A stretch of 64,000 nucleotides of DNA from Candidatus Aenigmatarchaeota archaeon (GTDB lineage Archaea; Aenigmatarchaeota; Aenigmatarchaeia; CG10238-14; SCSR01): assembly GCA_038999725.1 (NCBI GenBank), contig JAWBWS010000001.1, forward strand, positions 32,001 to 96,000. The letters run 5' to 3'. The notes under the pieces are model-generated. The model worked only from the letters and a program-made list of their open reading frames with translations, made no database searches and was not told where the DNA came from. A program made the translations under genes and the position numbers. Shown piece by piece: positions 11,100 through 21,173 of the stretch. How positions within the stretch are numbered: the first letter of the stretch is position 1; each line of letters begins with the position of its first letter.

Positions 11100-14000
11100 A
11101 TGAAAAAATTTGCAGGTTGGTTATTTTTTGTACTTATTTCTTTATTGATAATCTACATCTTAAGAACAAGGCTTACTGGCTTTTTTGTAGGTTTTGGTCC
11201 ACCTGCCGGCGAATTTGAGTGGTGGAATGTATCTTGGAGATACAGGCTTAGGTTAGAAGTGAATTCCACTACATACAACAGAGTTGATTGGCCGATAGAG
11301 TATCATATAAATTTTACCGAGTTATTGCCTTCTGGCACTTTTGATGAAAATTCTATAAGAGTGATAGAATACAGCCCTTCTGGTTCAATTCTATATGAAA
11401 TACCAAGTCAGTTTGAAAAAGACGAAAACTTTGACGCTTCTTCCAATGCAGTAGGAACATTAGTTTTCCTTATGAATGGGACTACACAGGCCAACTCTAA
11501 AAGGATATATTTTGTTTACTATGATACTCAAGAAAATGGACTCAAATCTCCTCCAAATTATCCAATAGGTTTGAGATATAGTTGGGATGGTCGAATTGTT
11601 AATGTTAACAACACTATACTTAAATTCTATTTTGACACAAATAGAGGAGAGAACACTTCTGGAATTTATCATGTAGAAGATATGGGTGGTACTGTTGTTA
11701 TAACAGCAAGTCCTTCAAGTAGAACTGCTGAATATCTTGAATACTCTAATGGTACAACTAACTTAACTTTTGATTTAAGAAACAGCGTGAGTTTTTTTGA
11801 AGGACCAATAAGACTAACTATCAAACAAGTTGGAGATGAGGTAGTTTTTGGGGATCCTGAAGAAAAAACTGGTGAAGCTAGAGTGATTAAGAAATATCAT
11901 ATTTACAATAAGGTAGGAGCTCAAGAATATGGAACTTTCATAAAAATAGTACAAAAAATTGAAAACATAGCAGATTTTGCTATAGAAAGAAGATCTACAC
12001 CAGCAGGAGCTTTAGCTTTTGACCTCGACAGAACACTCTCTTCAGGCTCTATATACACTCTAGACTTCAATTCTTCTGATCCATATTCTTGGGTGTGGGG
12101 CTCGGGATATGGTGGAGAGATAGTTGGTATAATCAACCTTTTAGAAGAGGGAACTTCTAAGTATTTTTCAACAAACAGCACAAGTTATGGAAGAATAGGA
12201 ATCCAGCTTGACACAGAAACTATACCTTCTGGCTCTTACATCAAACAAGACTCTTTGATATATTTTGCTGCTTGGGGTGGAAGTGATGCTGTCTCAGAAT
12301 TTTTAGCAATAAAAGACAGGTTTGTCAATCCTGTCAATATTGTAGAATATTTGCCTGAAGCTTGGTATGTCACAATATCCCCATCTACAAATGCTACAAT
12401 CTACAACAGAAATGAAACTGTTTTAATACTTGGAAATATTTCTCTTGGTGATCCTTACCATTTGATAAAATACATGAATGCGACCTTAGACATGGGTACA
12501 CCCTCACCAGAAGATGATCAAACTATAATTTTGTACGATGATGGGACTCATGGTGATTTAGAAGAAGGAGACATGGTATTCACAAATCTTTTCTATCTAC
12601 CTAATTATGCAACTATTGGTACATGGACGATTAATTTCACAACTTTCACAGAAAATTTTGAATTCTTGAACTCAACAGTCCTTGCTTTCAATGTTACAAA
12701 TGTGTTAAATGTTAGTGTTGTTGTCACAAATAAAAAACCTATGGTCGGCTCAATCGTGATCGCAAACATATACCTAAAAAATTACAGGCAAGACTCTTGG
12801 ATTGCCGGAGCAACTATAAACTGTAGTTTCGATTCAAATGAAGTGATAAATAAGACAGATTACAACAATGGAACTTATTCAGTTAATTTTACTGCTCCCG
12901 CCCAAGAGGGAGAATATATCTTGGAATGCAATGCAACTAAAAATGGAAATTTCGGAAGTGGTACATATACATTCACAGCAGAACCCGCAAACACAAGCAT
13001 GATTATAGCTGTTCAACCTCAAAATCCAATCGTCTCTCATGTAAGTTTGTATGAAAATGACAGCTTTGTGATAGAAGCGAACATGAGCAACATCGGAAAT
13101 GCCACATCCTATTCCACAAACATAACTCTGGAACTTTTGAGTGGATGGTATGCGAATATAACTTTAGAGCAGTGTGGAGATGTGGAAAAGAATAGCTATT
13201 GTTTGAAGGGATTCAACATAACTGTCCCAAATGGTACCTTACCAGGAGATTATTACATAAATATAAGTGCGAGTTGGAAGAATCCTGACCAAACAATCTC
13301 GTCAAACAAAACTGATGTAAGAGTAACAGTTGAATCAAACCCAAAAGTAGATGTTAAGCAAGAAAGGGTTTCTTCTGAATGTGGAGATGGAATTTGGAGC
13401 ATAGTAGGAAATTTCACAATTTTGTCGATAGGAAATGATGCTTTAGAAGGTATTACATTCTCTTGCGTTTCTGGTGAAGTTTGTGAGAATTTTGTGGTTA
13501 AGTTTATACCAGAAAGTATATCTAGCATACCCGTGGGAGCAAATGAAAATGTCTCAATAAATGTTACAATACCCTTAGGCTTTACACCTGGAACTTATGA
13601 GGGAATTGTGAATGTTTCTGCTAGCAATGATGGTTTTGATACTTTTATTCTTGAAGTTCGTGTTCCACCAAAGACCAATGTTTCCATAGTATCAAACATA
13701 TCAAGCTACACTGCAAGCAAAATAACGAAAGAGGATAATGAAACTTTTTATTTCGAGATTAATGCAACAAATATAGGAAATGGAAGTGCAAGATTTGTAA
13801 ATATAAGTGTTTCTCCTCCTCTTGGTTGGCTTGTAATGCCAAGCTTAGAAGAATGTGGAAATCTTATAAAAGATGCTAGTTGCCAGAAAGAGTTCAATGT
13901 AACAATTCCTGGAGCCACGTCACCAGGAAATTATTTAGTAAATATTTCAATAAACTGGACCCAGTCAGACAATTCCATGGGAACAAATAAAACTTCTATA

Positions 14001-16964
14001 ACAGTAGCTGTAACTTCAAATCCTTTGATAAGTGTAAGTGAAGACGAAATTTCTGGTATAGTTCACGATGGTGCTGAAGAAATAGTAGGAAATTTCACCA
14101 TTTTGTCGATAGGAAATGATGCTTTAGAAGGTATTACATTCTCTTGTGTTTCTGGTGAAGTTTGTGAGAATTTTGTGGTTAAGTTTATACCAGAAAGTAT
14201 CTTAATTCTTCCTGAAAACTCAAACCAATCTATTATGGTTAATGTCACTGTACCATTAAATTATCCAAACGGAACTTATGAGGGAATTGTGAATGTTTCT
14301 GCTAGCAATGATGGTTTTGATACTTTTATTCTTGAAGTTCGTGTTCCTGAAAACAGGACATGGGACCTACAACCAGAATATTGTGAACGATCAACACAAC
14401 AACCTGAAGGTGTGGTTTGTGAGGTTAATGTAACAAATAAAGGAAATGTAAAAATAGGTTTTATTGTTCAGCCGGAAGAAGGCAACTATACAAAAGTCAA
14501 TGAAACCAGCTTTGAAGTGGATAGACTGAGTTGGCATGCATTCAAAATAACTTACAATGTTACTGATGTGCCACCTGGAACTTATAATTCAACTTTTGTT
14601 GTAGATGCTGTACAAATAGATGCAAATCCTGACAATAAAACTGTCGTAGTTTCCTTAGTTCCTTATATCCCACCTGTGATAAACATTTCTGTAACTCCAA
14701 ATGAAACGGAGCAAAACATGAGTGTTTTGATTTCTGCAAATGTCACGGATAGGTCAGGAAGTGGAATTGTTTGGACAAAAGTCAATATAACTAGACCAGA
14801 TGGTATTATCGACTCTTTTGACATGTTTCTCTTGGAAACAAGCGGGAACTTAACAAGGTGGGAGATAACCTATCCCAATGGTATAAGCGGAAGCACTCTT
14901 GAAAGAGGAATTTACAATATAACTGTTTATGCAAGAGATAACATAGGTAATGAAGGAAATTCTAATTCTTCTTTTTCGGTTTACATAAAGCTCAACATCT
15001 TGGTGTCCACACTTTCTGATAAATATTATCAGGGAGATACAGGCTCTGTTTATTACAGTGTTAGAGATTTCACAAACAACCCAATCGAAAACTCTACTGT
15101 AAACTTCAGCATAATTGATTCCCAAAGAAATATCACTTACCTTTCTCCAAACTTCCAAACAAATTCTGATGGTACCATAACTCCAATGCCAACTTTTTCT
15201 ATTCCATCAGATGCTCCCTTGGGAAATTATACCCTTATCTCTAATTCAAAATTTTTTGATAAGGTTGCTAACAAGATTGTTGAAAAACAAGTCAATCAAA
15301 CTTTCCAAGTTCTATCAAGAACGGTTACTGTTACCGGTCTATTTGCTGATATAGAGACTGCTATTGTATGGTATCCTGAAAATATAATGAAGTTTGGGAT
15401 TTTGGTTTATAATGGTGAAGGTAAATCTGTTGATCCTACATCCATGAACCTAACAGTTTATGATCCTGCTGGCAATCTATACTTCACTGCCAATTTATCT
15501 CAAATGACCAAGCAAGCAACAGGCTTCTACATTTATCAGTATGCCATGCCTGTTAACACTCCAAGTGGAATGTTTTTAGCTGTTTTAAATTTGAGTCAAA
15601 ATGAATTCCAAACCATGAAGCTCAAAGCTTTTAGAGTTGCTCATGGCGGTCCATATGATGTGAGGATAACTCTTCTTGAAAATGAAGTTGAGCAAGGAAG
15701 CTACTTAGATTTTATTCTTGTGATAGAAAACAAAGGAGAAGTTTCTCAAGATGTTTTTATTCAGTATTGGGTTTCTTCTCAAAATACAACTTACTACACC
15801 ACATCAGAAGCTGTTTACACTCCAGCCTTGACAAATCAAAGTTTTACAAGAAGTGCTTATATTTATTCAAATCAGCCTTTGGGAAATTACTTTTTAAATG
15901 TGAAAGTTACTTATGATACAGTCCAACCACCAATCTTGGCAAATGCAAGCTTTACTGTTATTGCAAGAACTTTAAACATTACTCCACCATCACCAGTTCA
16001 TGTAAGTTATCCTTATCTAACAGGTGCAATTCCCATCCCAACCCCAACTGAAAAAATAATTGCAAGTATTTTCATCTCCCGCTACAATAGTAACATAAGC
16101 TTGACAAGAGGTTTTTCTAGAATTGAAACTGTTATTATTGAGAACAATGGTCAAATTGATTTGGAAAATGTAAGCCTATTCTTGCTTGGGATACCAACAA
16201 GTTGGTTCAATGTGACTCCTGAAAATTACAAGCAACTTGAAAGGGGAAAATCAACACCCTTCTTAATAACATTCTACATCCCCAGAAATATTAATCCTGG
16301 CGAATATCATGCCACATTAGTAGCAACTTCTGGTGTCGTCAGTGACCAAAGAAAAATAACTCTAACAATCTTTCAATCAATGAAAGAGCTTCTGGCCCAA
16401 GAAATGAGTAAGATAGAAGAAGAACTGCAAGAGCTTATAATTGATACTAAAGTTGCAGAAAAAGAGGGAAAAGACGTCTCTGCCATTCTTTTGCTGATAG
16501 ATGGGATAAAAACACAAATGAAGCTTGCAAAGGAAAATATTGAAAATGAAAATTTTGAAGAAGCGCTAAAAAATATAAACACTGCTAGAGATTTGATTTT
16601 AAGAGCTAGGGAAGTGCTTAGTAAGCTTGAGGTTTTGAAGGCCAAGGCAGTTATTCCTTGGTGGCTCATACTACCAATTTTGCTTCCTGTTTTGATTTTT
16701 AGCTTGTATTTCATCTATAGGAGAAGACCAAACATCGTAAGACCCTGGCTGATTCAACTTGAGAGAGTTGTGAATTTGGCTAAAAAGGGAAGGGAAAGCA
16801 AAGAAGAGTTGATAAAGGAGAGGGAAAAATTGGCAAGAATGCTTGAAATTTTGGAGAAAGAGAGGAGGGAAAAAATAATAAGTCATAGTGCTTACGTTGA
16901 GATGAAAAAAGGAATAGAGAAGAAGATAGAGAGAATAGAGAAGAAAATTTTGAGCTTAAAATAG
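11100..16964 (+). CDS. Large secreted, membrane-anchored surface glycoprotein with repeated Ig-like/NEW3-like domains
   Basis: N-terminal signal/TM, WWNVSWRYR N-terminal motif, LYDDGTHGD motif, internal ~227-aa repeat, helical bundle, C-terminal TM and coiled tail. Confidence 0.85.
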   Translation: MKKFAGWLFFVLISLLIIYILRTRLTGFFVGFGPPAGEFEWWNVSWRYRLRLEVNSTTYNRVDWPIEYHINFTELLPSGTFDENSIRVIEYSPSGSILYEIPSQFEKDENFDASSNAVGTLVFLMNGTTQANSKRIYFVYYDTQENGLKSPPNYPIGLRYSWDGRIVNVNNTILKFYFDTNRGENTSGIYHVEDMGGTVVITASPSSRTAEYLEYSNGTTNLTFDLRNSVSFFEGPIRLTIKQVGDEVVFGDPEEKTGEARVIKKYHIYNKVGAQEYGTFIKIVQKIENIADFAIERRSTPAGALAFDLDRTLSSGSIYTLDFNSSDPYSWVWGSGYGGEIVGIINLLEEGTSKYFSTNSTSYGRIGIQLDTETIPSGSYIKQDSLIYFAAWGGSDAVSEFLAIKDRFVNPVNIVEYLPEAWYVTISPSTNATIYNRNETVLILGNISLGDPYHLIKYMNATLDMGTPSPEDDQTIILYDDGTHGDLEEGDMVFTNLFYLPNYATIGTWTINFTTFTENFEFLNSTVLAFNVTNVLNVSVVVTNKKPMVGSIVIANIYLKNYRQDSWIAGATINCSFDSNEVINKTDYNNGTYSVNFTAPAQEGEYILECNATKNGNFGSGTYTFTAEPANTSMIIAVQPQNPIVSHVSLYENDSFVIEANMSNIGNATSYSTNITLELLSGWYANITLEQCGDVEKNSYCLKGFNITVPNGTLPGDYYINISASWKNPDQTISSNKTDVRVTVESNPKVDVKQERVSSECGDGIWSIVGNFTILSIGNDALEGITFSCVSGEVCENFVVKFIPESISSIPVGANENVSINVTIPLGFTPGTYEGIVNVSASNDGFDTFILEVRVPPKTNVSIVSNISSYTASKITKEDNETFYFEINATNIGNGSARFVNISVSPPLGWLVMPSLEECGNLIKDASCQKEFNVTIPGATSPGNYLVNISINWTQSDNSMGTNKTSITVAVTSNPLISVSEDEISGIVHDGAEEIVGNFTILSIGNDALEGITFSCVSGEVCENFVVKFIPESILILPENSNQSIMVNVTVPLNYPNGTYEGIVNVSASNDGFDTFILEVRVPENRTWDLQPEYCERSTQQPEGVVCEVNVTNKGNVKIGFIVQPEEGNYTKVNETSFEVDRLSWHAFKITYNVTDVPPGTYNSTFVVDAVQIDANPDNKTVVVSLVPYIPPVINISVTPNETEQNMSVLISANVTDRSGSGIVWTKVNITRPDGIIDSFDMFLLETSGNLTRWEITYPNGISGSTLERGIYNITVYARDNIGNEGNSNSSFSVYIKLNILVSTLSDKYYQGDTGSVYYSVRDFTNNPIENSTVNFSIIDSQRNITYLSPNFQTNSDGTITPMPTFSIPSDAPLGNYTLISNSKFFDKVANKIVEKQVNQTFQVLSRTVTVTGLFADIETAIVWYPENIMKFGILVYNGEGKSVDPTSMNLTVYDPAGNLYFTANLSQMTKQATGFYIYQYAMPVNTPSGMFLAVLNLSQNEFQTMKLKAFRVAHGGPYDVRITLLENEVEQGSYLDFILVIENKGEVSQDVFIQYWVSSQNTTYYTTSEAVYTPALTNQSFTRSAYIYSNQPLGNYFLNVKVTYDTVQPPILANASFTVIARTLNITPPSPVHVSYPYLTGAIPIPTPTEKIIASIFISRYNSNISLTRGFSRIETVIIENNGQIDLENVSLFLLGIPTSWFNVTPENYKQLERGKSTPFLITFYIPRNINPGEYHATLVATSGVVSDQRKITLTIFQSMKELLAQEMSKIEEELQELIIDTKVAEKEGKDVSAILLLIDGIKTQMKLAKENIENENFEEALKNINTARDLILRAREVLSKLEVLKAKAVIPWWLILPILLPVLIFSLYFIYRRRPNIVRPWLIQLERVVNLAKKGRESKEELIKEREKLARMLEILEKERREKIISHSAYVEMKKGIEKKIERIEKKILSLK
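13401..14347 (+). repeat. Intragenic direct repeat with 681-bp period
   Basis: 13401-13519 vs 14082-14200 (2 mismatches); 13590-13666 vs 14271-14347 identical. Confidence 0.9.
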
Positions 16965-16971
16965 CTGACTA

Positions 16972-17841
16972 TTATCCAGATGCGTAGACAGTTAGAGTTG
17001 CAACATTGAGGTTGCCACTTGGAATCCCATAGGGAGCGTAAACATTCAAGGTTAAAGTGTGAATATTGCCAGGAGGAAGACTATACTCTTGTATGTATCT
17101 AGAGTTTGCACAAGAAGTAAAACCACTTCTTTTATCGTATTTGTAAATGTAAATTTTTGTGCAGTCATAGTAGGCGGCAACACAGCTTCCGTAGAGCGGA
17201 GCAGTAGCTCGATTTACACTGAAGTAACCCCAATTGACATCTCCACTATCAAGTTGTATGTTACTTGTTGTTGGGGTTCTTGTTTCTACAGTACCATTGT
17301 CAACATCATCTTCTATTGCAAATTGTGCTCCGGTATTGTTGCAATAGCCATTTGTACCGTTACCGAGAAGCCATATATACTCAAAACTTGTGTTCTTGAA
17401 GAAACCCCATGCTACCGGAGAATTCACATTATTTTTTTGTAGGTTTGATATTTCTTCTGTCCAGTTCCACTCTATTCTGCCTGCAAAGAAGAATTTGTTA
17501 TATGTCTCGTTCTTAAGGACTATTACTCCACCTGCTGCATACTCTGTTGCATTGCTCGAACCATAAGGTCTTTTAGTTTCGTCTGTTAAAGTGTCTACAT
17601 AAGCATAGATCTGAGTGACATTCAAAGAGCCGATGTTAATGATGTCTAAAAGCTTGGTACCACCTGTCTGACCGGGCTGCACGTTTGTCCATGAAAGGAC
17701 ACTTGGTACTACAGATATTTGGGCAACAGTTTTTACACTAACATTTATTGTTGCTGTATCATTCACGTTTTCCGCTCTAACGTTTGTTAAAAATGCTAGA
17801 AAAGTTATCAATAGGGATAAGCACAAGGCTTTTTCATTCAT
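16972..17841 (-). CDS. Secreted pilin-like Ig-fold protein, copy A
   Basis: Sec signal peptide; TATINVSV-QISVVPSVLSWTNVQPG; C-terminal strand ATLTVYASG; paralog of 18185-19075. Confidence 0.7.
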   Translation of the reverse strand: MNEKALCLSLLITFLAFLTNVRAENVNDTATINVSVKTVAQISVVPSVLSWTNVQPGQTGGTKLLDIINIGSLNVTQIYAYVDTLTDETKRPYGSSNATEYAAGGVIVLKNETYNKFFFAGRIEWNWTEEISNLQKNNVNSPVAWGFFKNTSFEYIWLLGNGTNGYCNNTGAQFAIEDDVDNGTVETRTPTTSNIQLDSGDVNWGYFSVNRATAPLYGSCVAAYYDCTKIYIYKYDKRSGFTSCANSRYIQEYSLPPGNIHTLTLNVYAPYGIPSGNLNVATLTVYASG

Positions 17842-18577
17842 TCTCTCCTATATATTATTGTTAATCATAGCATTTAAACATTAGTATTAAATATTAATTT
17901 AAAAGAAAAACAATATAATAATGTGAAAAAAGATAAAAAAGAGGCCATACTTAATGTTTTGAAGGCAAACCCGGATGGTTTGACCATCCAGGAAATTTCC
18001 AAGCTTACTGGAATGAGTAGAATTACTACTACAATTTATGTTCATGAGCTTCTTGGGGAAGGAAAAATCACTGAAAGGAAGATTGGAGCCTACAGGCTCT
18101 TCTATCTGAAAGATAAGTATTTGGAAGTGGTAAAAGAAAAGGAAATTCTAGAAAAAATAAAAGAAAAAATAAAGTAGTCTGGTTCTAGCCAGATGCGTAT
18201 ACTGTGAAGGTTGCTGTACTGAGACTACCATCCGGAATTCCATATGGTACGTAAACTCTTAGTGTTAGTGTGTGAGTTTCACCTGGCACTAAGTTTGGTG
18301 CTTGTATGTATCTAGAGTTTGCACAAGAAGTAAAACCACTTCTTTTATCGTATTTGTAAATGTAAATTTTTGTGCAGTCATAGTAGGCGGCAACACAGCT
18401 TCCGTAGAGCGGAGCAGTAGCTCGATTTACACTGAAGTAACCCCAATTGACATCTCCACTATCAAGTTGTATGTTACTTGTTGTTGGGGTTCTTGTTTCT
18501 ACAGTACCATTGTCAACATCATCTTCTATTGCAAATTGTGCTCCGGTATTGTTGCAATAGCCATTTGTACCGTTACC
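17088..18577. repeat. 277-bp identical repeat shared by the two pilin-like paralogs
   Basis: 17088-17364 equals 18301-18577 (offset 1213). Confidence 0.9.
17923..18177 (+). CDS. Small winged-HTH regulator, copy A
   Basis: GLTIQEISKLTGMSRITTTIYVHELLGEGKI...KIGAYRLF. Confidence 0.85.
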   Translation: MKKDKKEAILNVLKANPDGLTIQEISKLTGMSRITTTIYVHELLGEGKITERKIGAYRLFYLKDKYLEVVKEKEILEKIKEKIK

Positions 18578-19075
18578 TAAAGCCCAAAAATATTCAAAAC
18601 TTGTGTTCTTGAAGAAACCCCATGCTACCGGAGAGTTTATATTTGAAAGATCTTTATTTCCCACATCTTCTGTCCAGTTCCACTCTATTCTGCCTGCAAA
18701 GAAGTAAGTAGAATCAGTCTCATTTTTGAAGACTATAACCCCACCAGCTGCATATTTTGTTGGGTCATCTTTTCCGTAAGGCCTTTCAGCTTCGTCCGTT
18801 AATGTGTCTACATAAGCATAGATATTGGTCACATTTACAGAGCCTGTGTTTATTATGTTTAGATATTGTGCTGTTCCAGCACTCCCTGGATTAATATTAG
18901 ACCAAGATAAGCTCTCGGGTATTACCGAGATTTGTGCGACAGCTGCAACACTTACGCTAACAGTAACTGTATCTTCTACCGCTAATGTTAATGGGGGAAA
19001 GAGGAGAAAGCTGATAATCACTAGAAGAATTAGCTTCTCGCAACTTTTGATTTTAACATTACTGTAAACCTTCAT
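18185..19075 (-). CDS. Secreted pilin-like Ig-fold protein, copy B
   Basis: Signal peptide; DTVTVSVSVAAVAQISVIPESLSWSNINPG; highly similar to copy A. Confidence 0.7.
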   Translation of the reverse strand: MKVYSNVKIKSCEKLILLVIISFLLFPPLTLAVEDTVTVSVSVAAVAQISVIPESLSWSNINPGSAGTAQYLNIINTGSVNVTNIYAYVDTLTDEAERPYGKDDPTKYAAGGVIVFKNETDSTYFFAGRIEWNWTEDVGNKDLSNINSPVAWGFFKNTSFEYFWALGNGTNGYCNNTGAQFAIEDDVDNGTVETRTPTTSNIQLDSGDVNWGYFSVNRATAPLYGSCVAAYYDCTKIYIYKYDKRSGFTSCANSRYIQAPNLVPGETHTLTLRVYVPYGIPDGSLSTATFTVYASG

Positions 19076-19231
19076 ATTTAATATTTTTGTTAATACTATT
19101 ATTTAAATCTAATGTTTCAAATGATTTTTCGATTGGTATTTATTTAAAGAAGAAAAATTGATGATAAAAGCTAAAGCAACATTAATTTTAAATGCTAAGT
19201 TAATAAATACCCTTAAACAAAAATATTAAAT

Positions 19232-19426
19232 ATGGAAGATTTTAAGCAAAAAATTCTTGAAATTCTTAAAAAAGAACCAAGGGGTTTAACAATTCAAGAT
19301 ATTTCAAGGCTCGCTAAGATGAATAGATTTAAAGCTACAATTTATGTTCATGAGCTTCTTGGGGAAGGAAAAATCACTGAAAGGAAGATTGGAGCCTACA
19401 GGCTCTTCAAACTGAAAAAAGATTAA
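19232..19426 (+). CDS. Small winged-HTH regulator, copy B
   Basis: Paralog of 17923; 74-bp identical tract (19335-19408 equals 18029-18102). Confidence 0.85.
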   Translation: MEDFKQKILEILKKEPRGLTIQDISRLAKMNRFKATIYVHELLGEGKITERKIGAYRLFKLKKD

Positions 19427-19695
19427 ATGTAAATTATGAATCCTTCCTTTTCCAATTCCTCTAGAACTGGAGCCAAACCTACTTTTGCCTCTTCTGTTGA
19501 AATATTGGCCAACTTTGCCACTTCCTCTGCTATTTGATCAAAAGTTTTTTTCCCATCACACATCATTATAAGTTTAACAAGCCATTTTTCTATCTTCCAC
19601 ATTTTACTTCCATCAAAAGTAGCATAGTAAGTACCTAAGTGATCTATAATCTTCAAATTCTTCGCTTTCAACGGTCTTTTTTCTTCCATAAACAC
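19423..19695 (-). CDS. PqqD/RRE-like small winged-helix protein
   Basis: Beta-strands followed by MCDGKKTFDQIAEEVA...LEELEKEGFI, the PqqD-family pattern. Confidence 0.55.
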   Translation of the reverse strand: MFMEEKRPLKAKNLKIIDHLGTYYATFDGSKMWKIEKWLVKLIMMCDGKKTFDQIAEEVAKLANISTEEAKVGLAPVLEELEKEGFIIYI

Positions 19696-19725
19696 TTATT
19701 TTAATTTTAAATAAATAGTTTAAAT

Positions 19726-20661
19726 ATGCGATTTGGCTTGGTCATGGTGTTTGTAATTTTGTTGTTTTCGATTCCTCAGGCCCTGGCTGTAGAATTTACT
19801 GTTGGTGTTTCTCCTAATATTTTAGATTTGGGTGAAATAGAGGCCGGTTCTACAAAGTTGGTAAAATTTTTCCTAGTTACTCCTTCGTCCGAGCCTTTAT
19901 TGGTTTATCTTGAACCTGAGAATGGTAATCTAGACTTCTTTTCCAGGGATCAATATAACCAGCTTCTCTTTAATTATTCGGAAGAGGAAGTAACAAGTTG
20001 GGTAGAATTTTTATCAAACCCTATAGAGCTTAAACCAGCTAACGAGACTTTAAAAACTAGAGGAGGGGAAATAAGGGGATGGAGAGAAATTAGTTTTCTG
20101 TTGAATGTGCCAAGAGAAGCAGAGCCTGGATACCATTTGCTTAAGATAAAACCTTCCCCCTATGTTCCGTCTGAAACACTCGGCCAAGCTGGGGCAAGAG
20201 TTGTAGCTATAACTTCTGTTACCATTTTGTTCAATTTGCCAGGAGAGATTAGAAGGGAGGGTGTAATCCTTGATGTAACCCCAGGAAAACATCTTGGCGA
20301 CAGGCTTGAAATAAACACATATTTCAAAAATAGCGGTACAGTCACAATTTCCGCAAAAGCCTTTCAAGGCGTTTTTAAAGATGGTGAGTTAATAGAAAAT
20401 CTAACCTCACCGATTCAATTTGTTAAACCTGGTGAAGTTGCAATTTTAAAAACATTTCTACCTTCAAGCAAAATCTCATCTGGAGAGTTCTTGATTGCCA
20501 CGACAGTGAGTTATACTACAGGCTCAGCATCAAAAAATTCAACTTTAGTGATAAAAGCTGCTCCGCCTATAATAGAAAAGCCTGTAGAATTTCCTTTATG
20601 GATAGTGATAATTATTTTAATAGTGTTGATAGCAGTCTTGATATACAAGTGGTATAAATGA
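19726..20661 (+). CDS. Membrane-anchored two-Ig-domain protein (DUF916/pilus-chaperone-like)
   Basis: Signal peptide; VGVSPNILDLGEIEAG; EPGYH...SVTILFNLPG; FKNSGTV; C-terminal TM. Confidence 0.55.
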   Translation: MRFGLVMVFVILLFSIPQALAVEFTVGVSPNILDLGEIEAGSTKLVKFFLVTPSSEPLLVYLEPENGNLDFFSRDQYNQLLFNYSEEEVTSWVEFLSNPIELKPANETLKTRGGEIRGWREISFLLNVPREAEPGYHLLKIKPSPYVPSETLGQAGARVVAITSVTILFNLPGEIRREGVILDVTPGKHLGDRLEINTYFKNSGTVTISAKAFQGVFKDGELIENLTSPIQFVKPGEVAILKTFLPSSKISSGEFLIATTVSYTTGSASKNSTLVIKAAPPIIEKPVEFPLWIVIIILIVLIAVLIYKWYK

Positions 20662-21173
20662 GGAAGAAGATTTGGTTACCGTTATTTATTTCAATTTTTT
20701 TAATTTTATTCACCTTGTTAACCAATCTTCCCTATCAGCCAAAAGGTTTAGTTGAAAACAGAACTTTTGAGAAATATTATGATCTCTTCTTCACATACGA
20801 AATAACAAGATATCCAACTTCAGCACAAGTTCTTCCTGCTCAACCAAATCATGAAAAGCTAACTTTAGGTGTTGTGGTTGATCCTTGGAACTTAAATTTT
20901 GGGATTGTTCCTGCTGGCAAAAATTTTGTTACTAGATTTGTTGATTTAACAAATCTGAAAGAAAAAGATGCTAAAATCATGGTTAGAGTTTATGGCAATA
21001 TTTCACCTTTCGTCAATTTCACAAAAAACAATTTTATCCTCAAGCCAAATGAAAATGCCATGATAGAGGTTAAATTTTATGCTGAGAAAGCAGAAATTGG
21101 TAATTATTCTGGTGAAATAGATGTTGTTGTGCAGAGGCCAAGATATGATTTCTTGTATTACTTCTGGAAGTAG
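20658..21173 (+). CDS. Membrane-anchored single Ig-fold protein
   Basis: N-terminal TM; VDPWNLNFGIVPAG; GNYSGEI. Confidence 0.65.
   Translation: MRKKIWLPLFISIFLILFTLLTNLPYQPKGLVENRTFEKYYDLFFTYEITRYPTSAQVLPAQPNHEKLTLGVVVDPWNLNFGIVPAGKNFVTRFVDLTNLKEKDAKIMVRVYGNISPFVNFTKNNFILKPNENAMIEVKFYAEKAEIGNYSGEIDVVVQRPRYDFLYYFWK

Noticed and set aside
17088..18577. Diversity-generating retroelement TR/VR pair
   Set aside because: The repeats are fully identical with no adenine-specific mismatches, both lie inside paralogous genes, and there is no reverse transcriptase in the window.
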